Part shown: piece after piece, positions 12,926 to 25,700 of the stretch | How positions within the stretch are numbered: the first letter of the stretch is position 1 | How the letters are laid out: every line of letters starts with the position of its first letter | Assembly (NCBI RefSeq): GCF_001949145.1 | Contig: NW_019091357.1 | Coordinates: 4,240,228-4,304,227, forward strand | From: Acanthaster planci | Taxonomy: Eukaryota | DNA: 64,000 nt | Direction: 5' to 3' | The notes under the pieces: model-generated | Databases searched by the model: none | Told to the model about the DNA's origin: nothing | Seen by the model: only the letters and a program-made list of their open reading frames with translations | Made by a program: the position numbers and the translations under genes

Positions 12926-15900
12926 TTAACCTAGACGAAAATTCTACACACGAACTCAGAAAGACATGCGTGACAGTTGTAACTTTTCAATGAAACCTCT
13001 CTAAACCTGGTCGAAACTCTTCTTACAAAATCTATTCAATATCAACGGTGAGAAAACTCTCGTCAATTCGACCTCTTAAAATGGCACAAAGATTTAACAG
13101 GAAATCGATCATCCCCCCCCCATTTTTTTTTCCTCCTCGCAAAAAAACTTCAAGAAATCAAATCCGACCACGTTCCTGCCATTCATCCCCCTGTCTTCAG
13201 TCTCCTGGGTTGACACGTGCAGAAGGCCAATCACTTCTCGTCGACGGTATCCGTTGCGGTACCCGGCAGATGGCCGCATTATAATAAAGGTCGATTTTTC
13301 TTTTCTCTCTATTCCTCCGCTATAAGCTGGACTCAGCCCGTAGAGGAAAAAAATGCGGCCAAACTTTTATATTTTTATTTGTCGAAGGATAGAAACCGGC
13401 GGCTGAATTCTTAAGCTGTGGCACGCGAGGTCTGTTCACGGGAAGTGCGGGTAGGGGGAGCAATCGTTCAGAATGTTAAAAGGATCGTCCGCGTGGAAGA
13501 CAACAATGGAGGTGTCATTAAGATTATCATGGGGCTTTGAAAAGATAGGAGACAAACAACGTTATTGGTATTGGAAGGGGTAGCCTGATTATGAATTGGG
13601 GGGTGCTTTAGCTGTGACGTAACCCGAGCTTATAGGTGTTTGCAGCAAAGATTAAACCCACGCGACTCCAAATCCCCCTCCGCTTACTGCCGGGAAGATG
13701 TTTTCATAGCATCACTATGACAACCGATCAATATTGCCTCCTTTCACAGAATTAAAAAAAAAGAGCGGGGTGGGGGAAATAGTCCGAACTTTGGCTCCGT
13801 ACTCGCTAAACCGTGAAACAACAAAACTGTGCGCAGGTCAATATTGTGGGTCGCGTGCAGCTGACAATGCCGTGTTTGCTCGCGATGCGCCCCGGTGGAG
13901 TCTGGCCGCGGTGCCTGGTGACGATTGAAGGGTGTTCGCGGGCACATGAGAGACCACCTCGGTGAAACTACTTGAAAGAGGGCACAACTGTGCACCAGGT
14001 GACACGTTTGCAGGGTTGCAAAGGGACGTCCAGTTTCAGTGATAATTACGCGATGTGAGATGTTGAAAAATCCCATTCAAAAAGGCAAACTGCAAGGACG
14101 TGACGTCCTAATCAGGTGTTTCTTTCTGCAAGGCCTAACTGCATTCAAACGATGTCCACGACACTTTGCGCCAGTAGTTGTGAATCTAAAATGAATCACA
14201 CAGTTATCACTGTTCAAATTTCAAACTTAACGGATAACTGAAGGAGAACCACGGGACACACATCACTGCAACCCCCGACGGTTTTTAGGAACGTGGAGTG
14301 ACGGTTCCAGTTTTGGGTAATGGTATATTGAAGGACTAAGGGCAAGGCAACACATAGGGTAAAACCCAATAATAATTTTTAAAAAAATCTCCACATGAGC
14401 TGTATCCCCTTCCCCGACACGCAAGGGTTCCATTTATGATCTTCCAAAAGAAGACATTCGTGGATCACAAAAACAATTATCCCATCACAAAGCCACCATC
14501 AGTATAAAGGGTTTTAAAAAGTAGCATACTTTTTTGACTGCTGCAAATTTATTTTTGTATTCGAATATAATTTATGAAATTTCTACCTCGAAAGATAATC
14601 AACGTCACGGAGTACCTAAGAATAACACCACAAACTAATAAAGCACAATGCGGTAGGCTATTTCGACCACTGAGCGCGCGCTCTTGAAACGTCATTCATT
14701 TTCTTGCGCGACAGGAGCGACCAATGCGTCTCATTGTCCTGGCGCTGTTTGTTTCTTACGGGCCGACGGTAATCGATAGAAGGCATCTGACGGCGGACCA
14801 ATGGGGGACCAGCGACAATATTTTAGTCGGTTCTCGCTATCGTGCGCCTCTTCGCTGTGGTTACAACAACTCGGGAATTATGTGTCGCTAATACGGCGTG
14901 ATGAGCTGGAGACAGTGGGCCTGGCAAATAGCTAGAAGTGACTTCTCGTTCGAAAACCGCAATGCGATGATATTATTGCACGGGCTACCACGTGTCGACA
15001 ACAGGAATCTCTAAAGAACGGCCGCATTCTAAGTTCTAAAATTCCGCGCCCTTACAGTTCACGGTATCAGACTCGTAAAATTGGGGAACCCGCATAAGTG
15101 CAAAGGCAAAATTGCATGTCTTAATCCCCGTAAGAGATCGCCGGCTCAGAATCAACAAACAACTGTGCGTTTCATAAATTTACTGGTACCTCCACAAAAC
15201 CAGAACTATTCCTCAAATATTAATCTCTTTGGGAACGAAACGAAACATGTGCCGTACAACAGCAGAGCGCACGATGTACACGTATAATTTATTCTGCCAG
15301 AGATGATGAAAAGTCCTAGCGGCCACGCCACGTTTTCGGCGTTACTTTATTTAAATTCCTTGTTGGATGTTTTTAGGTGATTGATCAGCATGTGTCTCAT
15401 GAACTGATACACGATATGATGTTCATAGTTATGGACCCAACAGATCTTGAAGTGGACAATAAGGTTGCTTGGTTTATCGACATCGTCAGACCTTCCCTTC
15501 CTAGTTTAATAAAGGGTTAAGGTTCAGGTTCATTTTTGAAATGCTTTCAAAGAAATATCTCGGTCAGTGTCTTCCGCAATAGTTTAAGTTATTACCTTTA
15601 AATCTCGCCCTATACGTGCCTTTTTCGTGACGTCACATGAAGTCATCGATATCAAATTACAAGTAACTTAGGGTCAAAATGAAACGAAAGGTTTTCAATT
15701 ATAACTTTAGAATTGAATGAAATAGCACGTTTATATTTAGCCATCTGGCAGCCCACAGTTTTTGGCTACATTACCTTTTGCAACGGAAAGTCATGTGACT
15801 TCGACTTCGAAAGTGCAATAGTATGGGAATCTAACTCGAAGAGGAAAGGATTTCTACAGCCAAACAAACTACAGAACTGTTACTAATGGTATGCTGACCA

Positions 15901-15930
15901 CTACAAAGGATTGATGACGTCAGAACATAG

Positions 15931-15947
15931 GACGCCCTCCTGTGGCG
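15931..15947 (-). promoter_or_regulatory. CTCF-like motif next to a palindromic CRE
   Basis: Reverse complement CGCCACAGGAGGGCGTC resembles the CTCF core CCASYAGRKGGCR. TGACGTCA lies at 15915-15922, and a second CRE (GTGACGTCAC) at 15627-15636. Confidence 0.35.
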
Positions 15948-18900
15948 TATCAAAGACAGTTACCGTCTCAAATTTGAGATTTGTTGGCCATGTTTTTTGC
16001 CCTAGTGGAGGGAAAAGAGGAGGAACGCCACTTTTTGGGCAAACAACATTTGAAGTTTCAAACAATGATTTGGGAAGTCACCAAAGGGATAAATTTTGAG
16101 GGGATGACGATGATACCGATTCTATTTAATATACATACAGTTCATATATTTATCTTGCACAAATTATGAGGCCAACTAGATTTTCGATGACATGCATCAC
16201 AATTCTGTCATCTAAATCGGAAATTGATTTTGCCCGATAACCTCATGTTTGTAACTCAAGCAAACACGTCCTGTCTGGTGTCTTAAATAATAACTAAACT
16301 CCCAACAGATTTATGTCAGCACAGGGATGCAAATTATATCACCAATGTTGCTGCTGACCATGCTGCGATTAGTGAAAAAGTGATTAAACACAGTGCAGGG
16401 CTTCGTGGAGGTTCATTTCAAATGCTTTTTTATCGACGCACTTTTCCAAAATAAAATCAATCAATTTTCGCGCAAAGAAATAATGCCACAGCGGAACGAG
16501 GATCAACAACATAGAGCGTGGGACAAAATGAGCCGAAATTGCTTTTTTCGAGTGTAACTCCACTTTATGGTTCTCATAACTTTGGACAGTACCAAAGCGA
16601 CTGTGGCCGGGCAGTTTGTTATTTTTGTCCAACTAACCCCTCCGAGGCCCGCTTGGCCGCCGCGTTCGCTTCACCAAAATGGAATCGCCTCGCCTCGCTT
16701 ATCGGCAATTTCATCTAAGGCGGCACGCGCACGGCATAATCACATATTTCTGTTAAAAGCTTTGGACAAACACGGACCGAGGAGCAGCGCGATAGCTACT
16801 AGAAACCAGGGGCGAGATTGGAGGAAAGTGGAATATCCAATATAACCACCAGAGATTTTGAGGGCCCCATGGTAGCATAGGGTCTATAGCGTACCTTGTG
16901 CTTGCCTTAGGGCACCCTTTAAAATTAACCATTTCTTTTGCTCTATATCAACCTTTACACGTAAAAAGAAAACACCTTAATTGTAAACTCGGGATATGTT
17001 CCAGAGTTTAAAAACGATTGTTTGGAGAAATCCTGAAATCAGAAAAATCCTGATGAAAAAAATCAAGACTACAGGAAATATCCTGACAAATTCCAAACCG
17101 GAAAAACACATCCCAAAACCACAACCCCCCAAAGAGAAAAAACTAATTGGTATAGAATAAACTCTGTCCGCTCGTGGTTGCAACTCCATGCATATGCACG
17201 AATTTATACTAATTTACGAATACGAATACAGCATACGAATTTATACAGCAGCATTGCCCAGGAGAACATAAAGGTTTGCAATTAAACTGTTGCCATAAAC
17301 CCAAACAAGAGTTAAGGCAAGAAAAGGTGCATAAAAATAAACAGAAAGGCTGCCAAAATAACAAAAATACTCAAAATTGATAAAAAAAAGACACAGAAAT
17401 ATACGTATAAGTTAACAGGGGGTAAAACCCAGAAAAAGGTCAAGACATGACAAACAATGAAAACAACAAAACTAAAGACAGAACTGATCAAAAGGCCATA
17501 AATACGAATGTAAACACATCTCATATGCTGGGCAGAATCACCTTACTTTGGGTTTTTTTCTCTTTCATTTGCGGAAGTTAACCTTGCTTTGTGGTCTATG
17601 GTATAACAGTTTGAACGCGGGAAAGTCTGATCATGCATGTTGATCCATACGGAAGCTATCTCTTGGAGCAACCCGATGGGGTTTCTTTTCCCTTTGTGCA
17701 AGTTGGATCGAATGGACAGAACTGCTGATTTTCGAACGAGGTCGACTGTCTAGCAAAATTGAGGAATTTTAATGAAAACGAAGTAGACGGCAGAGATGAG
17801 GAAGCCAAGTCGTTGATTGAAAAGGGTTAAGGGTGGTAAGAGTGGAGTTATCTAGACACAGTGTGGGCAGAATAAAATGAACCGGAGAAAGACACCAAGA
17901 AAGAACCACTGAAACGCACTATCGTCGGCAACTACGATGAAACTACATAATAGTTAATTCTATTTAATTAACCAAATGTCTACCGAAAAACACAATTCTT
18001 AGGTTACGTAGACGCTTCTAGTTTCTTGACTAGAAATCAAGCAGGCTTAGGAGTCCTGTTTTCAATTATAATTACAAGTTATTTGTGGAAAGGAAAATGA
18101 CGTCCTTGAGTATTTCTTCTCATTTGTAAAGAGACCTCGATTCAGGTGTTTCTTCTGTTTTCACGACACACTGTACATCATAGTTGAACAAACTTCTACA
18201 GCATGCTAATATGAACACAGAAACCATTTAGGGACGAAGATCATGGGTTTTTTTTTTGGGGGGGGTGGTCTGTTCCACCACCCCCAACACACACACACCG
18301 AGCAGGCGTACAGCGCGTCACAACCACAGGGCACAATAATTGCTCATGTCGAATAATGCTCCAAACCGCCCATATTTTCCAGGCCATGACACTCCAATAT
18401 CACCGTCACAATAGCAGGGTCCTGGAGATATGCAACGGGTGCGGGATTGCCACGATCGGTGATTGTAAAGAGACCCGTTTTAACCAAAGGGAAGGGAAAA
18501 ACACGGAATGACCCTTTCGCGGAGAAACCAGGGACAAAACATGACCCAGGAGCAAAGAACACTTCCCGAAATGCGATTTCAGGTCCCAGAAAATGGTTCC
18601 CCCGGGCTGTGCTTTAAAAAAGAAAAATGCGAGGAAAATAAAAAAAAAATCCGCGATCCTCCAAACACAATTTCATTCCAAATGAATCAACCAACGTTTC
18701 CTACTTGAATAATGTATTAGAAATCTTGGCGTATCAGTGGGATTATAACGACACAACGACCCGCTAGCTACAGATTAAAAGCAGCAACGCCCAAATTAGA
18801 ATGAATTCGCATGTACACAGAGGGCCAGGCAAAAATTAAAGTCCGGGGTGAGAGATCAAAATGTTGATAATATCTCAGGTAATTACGCCAAGCGGTTGTT

Positions 18901-20241
18901 GTGGCTGGAGTGAGACGAGGTTCGGGTTTGACCCACGGCAACTTAACCTACGCCAACTCACACTGCTATTACATTGTCCCGGTCCCTTGGATTTGACGAA
19001 AGTTACCAAAAAAAAAGCCTAGCCAACGAACCCAGTACGCTGCAATAATATTCAGAAAAGTTCAGGCAAGCCCCATGAAAGGATATTGCCACCTCTTTGC
19101 CTCGGGGTGAACCTATGAGCCGGGGAGGAACGTGCCCCCTTCCTGGGGGGGGGGGAGAAAGTTTCAATAACATCGGGAGTTCAAGAATCTAACAGCAAGC
19201 TCTCAACCTTGTTTAGAAGCTTTGGTGGTGTGTTTTCGCTGCCTGCCCCGCTTGACTGTCAACATCAACTTGTGGGGTCAGCCAGCTGTTCTGGAGCGCG
19301 CGTGCCATGACCAGACAGATTTGGCCGTGAAAGAGGATCAAGACTGGACACGCATGGTCCTCTTGGCGGGTAAAAGGCAATTATCAACATCTTCCATGCC
19401 CTGGTGGCTCACCTCGGTTGCCTTTCCGAATTCTCTCTATAAATATTGCAATTCACTTAATCAATTAATAATCGCAATAATGCTTGACAAGCCCTTTCTT
19501 CTTTTGTTTTCTATGTGAGTTCGACCTATGAGGATTAAATTGAAACACAACCTTCTGCTGCAAGAAACCTAACCTACTGATAAAAGGGGGAAAAGATCAT
19601 TGGATTTATATTTCAACAAATACAAAAGAAATCACAACCATGGTATTACATCCAGAGCGTCCGCGCGTCTGTGCAGCTGCTTCACCCCATTCTGTAAGAA
19701 CCCCCCCCCTTTAAAAATTTCCCCCCATAAACTTCTGAGCTTGATAGCATCCCAGGTTTAGATATGGCTCCAATAATCCCAAGAGCCCCTGCAACCCCAG
19801 ACGTGAATATTCATGAGTCTCTCGGGGGATTCCTAAAAGGCTTGGGTGCGCAGGCAGGCTGACACCGGCACGCACAAATCAAAACCGGGACCCGAGAAAT
19901 GAAACCTTGTATTAATGTTGTCCAGCCGTGCTTCGCCTGTGCCTCCTCGAAAAAACCCTGGTGCCGTTTCCCCCAACTGGGGCCGAAACAGCTCATCTCG
20001 TACCTTTTTTCTGTTCCTTCTTATTTTCTCTGCCAACCGAGGGTACCTCTTCTGATCCGTTTTGGGGTAACACTAGCTCCAAATTGGGTCAATAGCAGAA
20101 GAAACTCCACAAGCAATAATCATTGGCTCGGCTTTCATATCCTGAGGGTTGTGTATTGAAGACTCGCATACTGGGATTGTATTACAGGACACACTCCATC
20201 CCATCAACCCCAAGAGCAGCACTTTTCCCCCTTCTGCGCTC

Positions 20242-20246
<5 letters not shown>

Positions 20247-20278
<32 letters not shown>
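20247..20278 (+). repeat. (CT)16 microsatellite
   Basis: Direct read of a perfect CT dinucleotide run. Confidence 0.95.
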
Positions 20279-20279
<1 letters not shown>

Positions 20280-20358
20280 ACTCCATGTTTTTCTTCTAGC
20301 CTCTTCTTTTTTTATTAAACCTTTGATTGGGGCTTAGTGTTCACCAAGTGCACCTTAC

Positions 20359-20443
20359 CTGTACAACATGACGCTGGTCGCCTAACCCTGGCTGTGGTGG
20401 AAGCACCGGCTTTAGGCCCCTGTGGCTTTCATTTTCGACCCTC
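20359..20443 (-). other. Candidate 85-nt spliced exon (minus strand)
   Basis: Acceptor TTTTCCACCTTTTTTTTCTTTGGGCAG| and donor TACAG|GTAAGG are both close to consensus. One frame is open (RVENESHRGLKPVLPPQPGLGDQRHVVQ) with no recognisable homology, so it may be UTR or lncRNA. Confidence 0.45.
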
Positions 20444-20565
20444 CTGCCCAAAGAAAAAAAAGGTGGAAAAAGTCTTGATTCGGACAAAAGTTTGGCATGT
20501 TTGTTTTAGCTGGAGGGGGATACATGGAGGTGTGAAAAGGGGGGGGGAAGGCTGTGGAAGGATTT

Positions 20566-20594
20566 CCAATCGATTGGTGGTTGTGATTTCAGTT
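20566..20594 (+). promoter_or_regulatory. Candidate core promoter (palindromic CCAAT box plus Inr)
   Basis: CCAATCGATTGG (CCAAT on both strands) at 20566-20577 and an Inr-like TCAGTT at 20589-20594. A G-run and a (CT)n tract lie upstream, and the site is at the CpG-rich/CpG-poor boundary. Confidence 0.3.
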
Positions 20595-20962
20595 GTGCCG
20601 AGATGCTGGAGTGCTTCGATTAATAACGCTGTGCTGGCCAGTGGTCCTGTTTCCTGTAAAGCTCAATGAAAGTTTGGAGACTGTTCTCTGTACTTCCTGT
20701 CATCGTGAAAGTGTAAGACCATTCTCTGTTCAACTTTTTGCACAATGCATTGTGTATTTTGTCTCTTGTGCCTTGCTTCTTGTCAAGGTCACAGCGTTTT
20801 GTCTTTTGTCAAACACACTGTTTTGTTTCGGTGATTGACAAAACAAATAAAAAGCATCAGTACTTTGTTGTTAGGTCTGTAATTGTCTTCATTAAAAGGC
20901 TTATTTAATTGAATGATTAGTTAATTTGTGTCAACAATCCTGAAAAGGTGTTTTCTTTTGTC

Positions 20963-20987
20963 ATGGACAGCACTCTCAGTACAAAAG
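20963..20987 (+). CDS. Candidate first coding segment MDSTLSTK(G), phase-1 donor
   Basis: ATG in a strong context (GTCATGG) is followed 25 nt later by AAG|GTAAGG. It could alternatively be a 17-nt internal exon using the GACAG acceptor at 20970. No protein homology recognised. Confidence 0.2.
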
Positions 20988-21015
20988 GTAAGGTTTAGCA
21001 AGGAGTTCTACCACC

Positions 21016-21033
21016 TGTCGCCAGAGGGCAGTG
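21016..21033 (+). promoter_or_regulatory. CTCF-like motif
   Basis: TGTCGCCAGAGGGCAGTG matches most of the CTCF core consensus and lies about 30 bp past the 20987 donor. Confidence 0.45.
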
Positions 21034-21502
21034 TTTGATACAGGAGCACAGAGCATACTGTAGGGAGTATCGCCAACTTCAGACTTTCGGACCAAAATAG
21101 CTGGTCATTATGTGTAATTTACAGCATGCAACTAGTGTGCGCTAACTGTCCTTATTCAATGATGCATAATCCACCATTTCGGTTCCAACGATTGACACAT
21201 TCATGTCACAACTCTCTCTATAAACAGCTCTAATATAAATCCCCAACTTAAAACCAAGTATGATTTGCAGAGAAGCTAAAATATTTGCTGTGTTTTCTAC
21301 CCACAAAAATGGGTATCATGGACACCCTTTTCAAAAGTTTTCTAACCTTGTATGGGTTCAATTTTACATTTATTTTACTTCAAATATCCAATGGTGACTA
21401 CCGCAATATTCCATGTTTTCTAAAGGGCTAGGGACAGATACATGTACATCCCCATTGTAATTTATACATATAGGCCAATGTTTGTTTTTCTTGTCTGCAC
21501 AG

Positions 21503-21535
21503 GGTCACTGTACTTAAGCTTCAACAAAATTGCTG
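21503..21535 (+). other. Candidate 33-nt exon (or a 78-nt exon ending at 21580)
   Basis: Acceptor TTTGTTTTTCTTGTCTGCACAG|, with donors CTG|GTATGT (21536) or TAG|GTAAGA (21581). The 33-nt form keeps frame with 20963-20987 (MDSTLSTKGSLYLSFNKIA). Confidence 0.25.
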
Positions 21536-21646
21536 GTATGTTATTATTTATCACAGCAAGTGGCCAACCATAAATTTGTAGGTAAGAATGTTTTCAGGTG
21601 ATTTGGCAATCTGGTGGATTATGCATTTTGTGGAAATTCAGCCATA

Positions 21647-21833
21647 CCGTAAAATTACGCAAAAAATTCAGTTTTAAATTTGAGGAATATCTAAGCAAAT
21701 CATTCTGTTGCTTGGGAATGGCATAGAAATACTAGGTCAAGATTATACTTTCAGCAATCTTCTCCTATTTCTGTGAAATTTATGAGAAACTGTACGCAAC
21801 AGATTATGAATATATATTTGTATACCTTTATGG
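21647..21833. mobile_element. Tc1/mariner(pogo)-type MITE with CCGTA termini
   Basis: TA|CCGTAAAA ... TTTATGG|TA: the TIR has one CpG-decay mismatch and a TA target duplication. Internal ACGCAA sub-repeats are present. Confidence 0.5.
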
Positions 21834-22758
21834 TATGCGGATATTTTTTTGCTTTGAAGCCACGATGAGGAAATCACACAAAAGAGTAAAAAAGTGTCAA
21901 GTTAAAGTGACAAAACAGTGCATGTGAGGAAATTTGCATGGGAAATGAAAGCGAAACAAAACTTGATCAATGCTTTCCTCTAGAAATAAGGCGAGTTTCA
22001 TCATATGAGCCACTAGAAAATCAAGTTCCAATGATACAAAGATTTTGTGCACCCAACAATTCACATGTTACCTATGAATTCTCTACACTAAACACATACT
22101 TTTTTAAAGACACCAGACCATTCCTAAAGCTGGAAATTGCTGATCGGGCATAAGTCATTCAAAAATCATGCCACACAATAAAGCAGTCAAGAAGTCAGAC
22201 TGGGGAATTCAAGTTAGCCTACATAAGATGAACAAACAAAACTAAGGGTACCAGACATCATTCAAATTCAACTCACAGATGGATTTTGGGGGGCAAAAAG
22301 ATTGGACTCCTCAGTGGCTGTGATACCATCAACTATCCACAGAATATCTGCAGCGAGCATGTGAGTACCAAATAGTAACACATAACAATGCAATCCCCAC
22401 AATTCCCTCTCACAAGGTACATGTACGAGTTTGAAAGGCCGAACATTTACACTCATTCGTTCACACAAAAAGTTACCATGGAAAAACCAACTGGGTGTCC
22501 CGTACCTCTACACTAACACACTTTCTTTGTCAAGGTGTTGCATGTGTCGTGAACATGCCGCTTTTATGCAAGCAAGCATCATACCAGGTGGCACAATGTT
22601 AGTGTTTGTAAAATGGAAAGCACACACAGTCCTGGTGTAAAGAATCCGTGATCAAAGCACATTTTCTGAAAAATAAGGAAATGCATTTATAAATATGTTA
22701 TATCATATATCAAGCAGGACTGAAAAAAAAGTTGCCAAAAAAAGGAGGTGCCACATAC

Positions 22759-22779
22759 CTGGGCAGCTCTCTGCATTTC
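22759..22779 (-). other. Candidate 21-nt microexon (minus strand)
   Basis: AATTTTGTTTCCAG|GAAATGCAGAGAGCTGCCCAG|GTATGT. Length is a multiple of 3 and the donor is strong. An upstream acceptor (GTGACAG, about 22873) could give a longer exon. Confidence 0.25.
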
Positions 22780-25700
22780 CTGGAAACAAAATTCTTGTTT
22801 CACTTTGCACAGCTGACACCGGTCCTCTACCTTGGGTTGAAATCTGGTTGAGCGGGCTGTAGTTCTTAGCACCTGTCACGGTGGAAGCATGTAACATTAC
22901 ATTGTGTATTTCTGGGGCACAGTGAGGCCAAGAGGGCCGAAGGGCGCGGGGGCAAAGGTCAACTGCATGTCTGGCTTGTCAGGTGCAGTGTAAGACAGCT
23001 GGTGGTGAGAATCAAAGATAGGCTTGTTCAGCATCATGTCCAGTGTTAAAGGTCGTGAAGGCAGTTCTTTCAAGAGTTTTGAGTTCAGCTATTATTCAAG
23101 TTCCTCCTGCGGTGACTAGTCCCTAATTCCTTTTTCTATTGGGAGTGAAGGAAATGGTCTAAATGTTTAAAATTAAACGTTAAAACTTTTTTCTTAAATC
23201 GCCTTATTTCCTTATTGTTGAGGCTGGGGCAAATGGCGACAGAAGGATTTTTAAAATGAGGGACCAGCTGTGTGAGTATTCGAGTGAAGTAGACCAGACA
23301 ACTTATTCTATACCGGTAGGTGTAAACAGATTCAGAGCCTACGGTACATTTTTTTTGACCTGCCAAGAACATGGCACACCCAGTAATAAAAAGGGGCAGA
23401 CCACCACCCCTCCCTCCAATTTTTCTGCCACCAGTTGTGGAGAAGGCACATGTATGCCTATTTGAAATTGGGAGATAATTTTGAGGGTGAACGGGTAACC
23501 AGGAGGTGTACATCACTCAATCGAGATGACATGTATATTATACTTCATGCTTGATACATGTAGATGCAGTTCATGATCTTTCTATGGTGTTTGGACACCA
23601 TTGGCTGGTTCAATCTGCCTGTCAGTTTGTCTGTCCAGGATGCTGGGCTGTTCAAGTGTTCCAACAGACACTTGCTCTGGCAAACGGATGCGTCCACTTC
23701 TCAGCCCCTCTTAAAAGAAGAAATTAAAGGCCAGTGCTTTTATTTGGTATGGTAAAAATCTGACTCGAGGGAAGTGGACAATTTCTGATCTTTTTTCAGG
23801 GAACTCTTCTTAATTTAGGAAAATGAAAGTAAAAGCTACCTTAAATAAAAGGTTTGAAAACATTCCAGAGCAGTCTGTGTGTTCTCTATTAGCGTTGATT
23901 AATTAAATAAACAGTAGGCCTACTCCTCGCCTTGGTGATTGTTTTTGTTTTTTAAATTTCACTGAATTCACATTTCATTGAATTTCACCGATTTCTTGTC
24001 TTTGCTGGTTTGTCAGCATTCAAAATATCAGTTTCCTAGAAGAAGTCATGTCAATCAGGTTTTTTTCCATACTTTCTCTGCAATAATTTTGCACTTGACA
24101 GGGCTGTCACACAGCAGTTAACAAGTGCTGTCATTCTGATCACTGTTGTTACTGTACCTGAGATTTGGGCAGCTGCAAGGGGGGGGGGATTTTGCACCAC
24201 TCCAAGCCCATAATCCCCTACAAAATCTCTGGTGGGCCCAGGACAAATCTTCCTGGACTTCAGACACTTTCTGTCATACTGACAAAGACACGGTGGCATT
24301 TGTTTTTTCCAAGTCTGATGGAAAAATTAAAGCAGATCAGTTTTTCTATGGAGTTCAAAGGGCCTGATGGTCGTGGCGCTCATTTTACTTTTCCTGGTAC
24401 AGTTGCTGTATTTTCAGCAAAACCTCCGATTGCCAGGAAGGCCACTGACTTCACTGAAAAACCGCAGTTTTTATCATTGCTATCTGTTTGGCCATCTGTC
24501 CCAGCTTTTCTAGTCACAAACATTTACATCGCTTCAACAACGCACAAGTTATTGACCAGAAAAACATCACCAGAGAGAAGAACTCACTTGCACAATGCAT
24601 TTAACTCCCCTCAACTCTTTTATAAAAGCCATGTATCCACACAAGCCAACTATATACACTGCATACACACAGTCTCAAATAAAGATCCGATGGACATTTA
24701 TTCCCCTGATATGTGTAATACATGTATAACTGCAGTGTATTATGATCAATTGTTTTGAACCATACATGTCCCATAAAATGTTAAAAAACGAGCCGGTGAA
24801 AGCAGACAGCTGCATCTATATCCAAACAAGGACATATTAATCCTGACATAAATGAGGTTTTATAACTGGTCTCACATGAAGTACACTTTACAAATAAGCT
24901 GCAATTGGGTAGACCCAATAAGTCGTAACTACTGAGTATGCAAGCTAATAAACAACTCAGAATTGTACCAGTAAATGAAAAAAAACTGCAGCAAATAATT
25001 ACATTAGTAAGCAGAAAGTGACAAAATTACAATTAATGTGAATATGCACCAAACGGAATGATTAAGAAAGCAACAGGACATCTCTAGTGATAGGCTTACA
25101 CACATTAATTTGAGACTTTGAGATACTTGGAGGCGACAAACATATCGGTCCTTTTTACCAGTTCTGAGCATGCACGCGCTGTATGAGTATTCACAATGCC
25201 TTGAAAAGGGACCGGTATGTCTGCTACCAACAGCGTCTCAAAGTCTTCCATTGTTAACTGACATGAAATAAGTAAGGGGCGATGAGCACCAAGGTGTCGT
25301 GACATGCTCCTACGGCTACATCGTAATTGCCGAAAACAGTGCACAATTCTAGCTCAATGAAGAAAAGGAAGGCCAAGAGTGTACTATGTCTCAATTCAAA
25401 CAGATCATCAGGACTGTAGGGAGTCAAATTTACTTAAATGTAACTACAAACTTGCCTTACCTTACACCATGCTCTTATGAATGTGTTGTAAAAAGGAACG
25501 TACAATCAATAGAAAATACAAAGACTAAACAGTGAGAGCGACATCTGAACTGTAGTCAGTGTTGCAGGGGAAACCATCTTTACAAGACCACACAAGACCA
25601 ACACATGACCTCCAGTCTGAATTGAAGTCACAAGCTATTCACATGAACCCCAACTAAAGCATTCTCTTGTCACTGTTCACCCGGTTACTTGTGACTGGTC

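Noticed and set aside
20960..20978. TGTCATGGA..CTCTC similarity to miR-281
   Set aside because: Central mismatches and no upstream pairing arm.
22897..23037. 46-aa minus-strand small ORF (MMLNKPIFDSHHQ...QKYTM)
   Set aside because: No homology or other support; ORFs of this size arise frequently by chance.
23104..23126. Minus-strand similarity to miR-252 (..ACTAGT.ACCGCAGGAG)
   Set aside because: The seed differs and there is no complementary arm to form a pre-miRNA hairpin.
24165..24758. Longest ORF in the track (197 aa)
   Set aside because: It starts at a non-ATG codon, runs through a G homopolymer, has no recognisable domain, and its length is compatible with chance in 64 kb x 6 frames.
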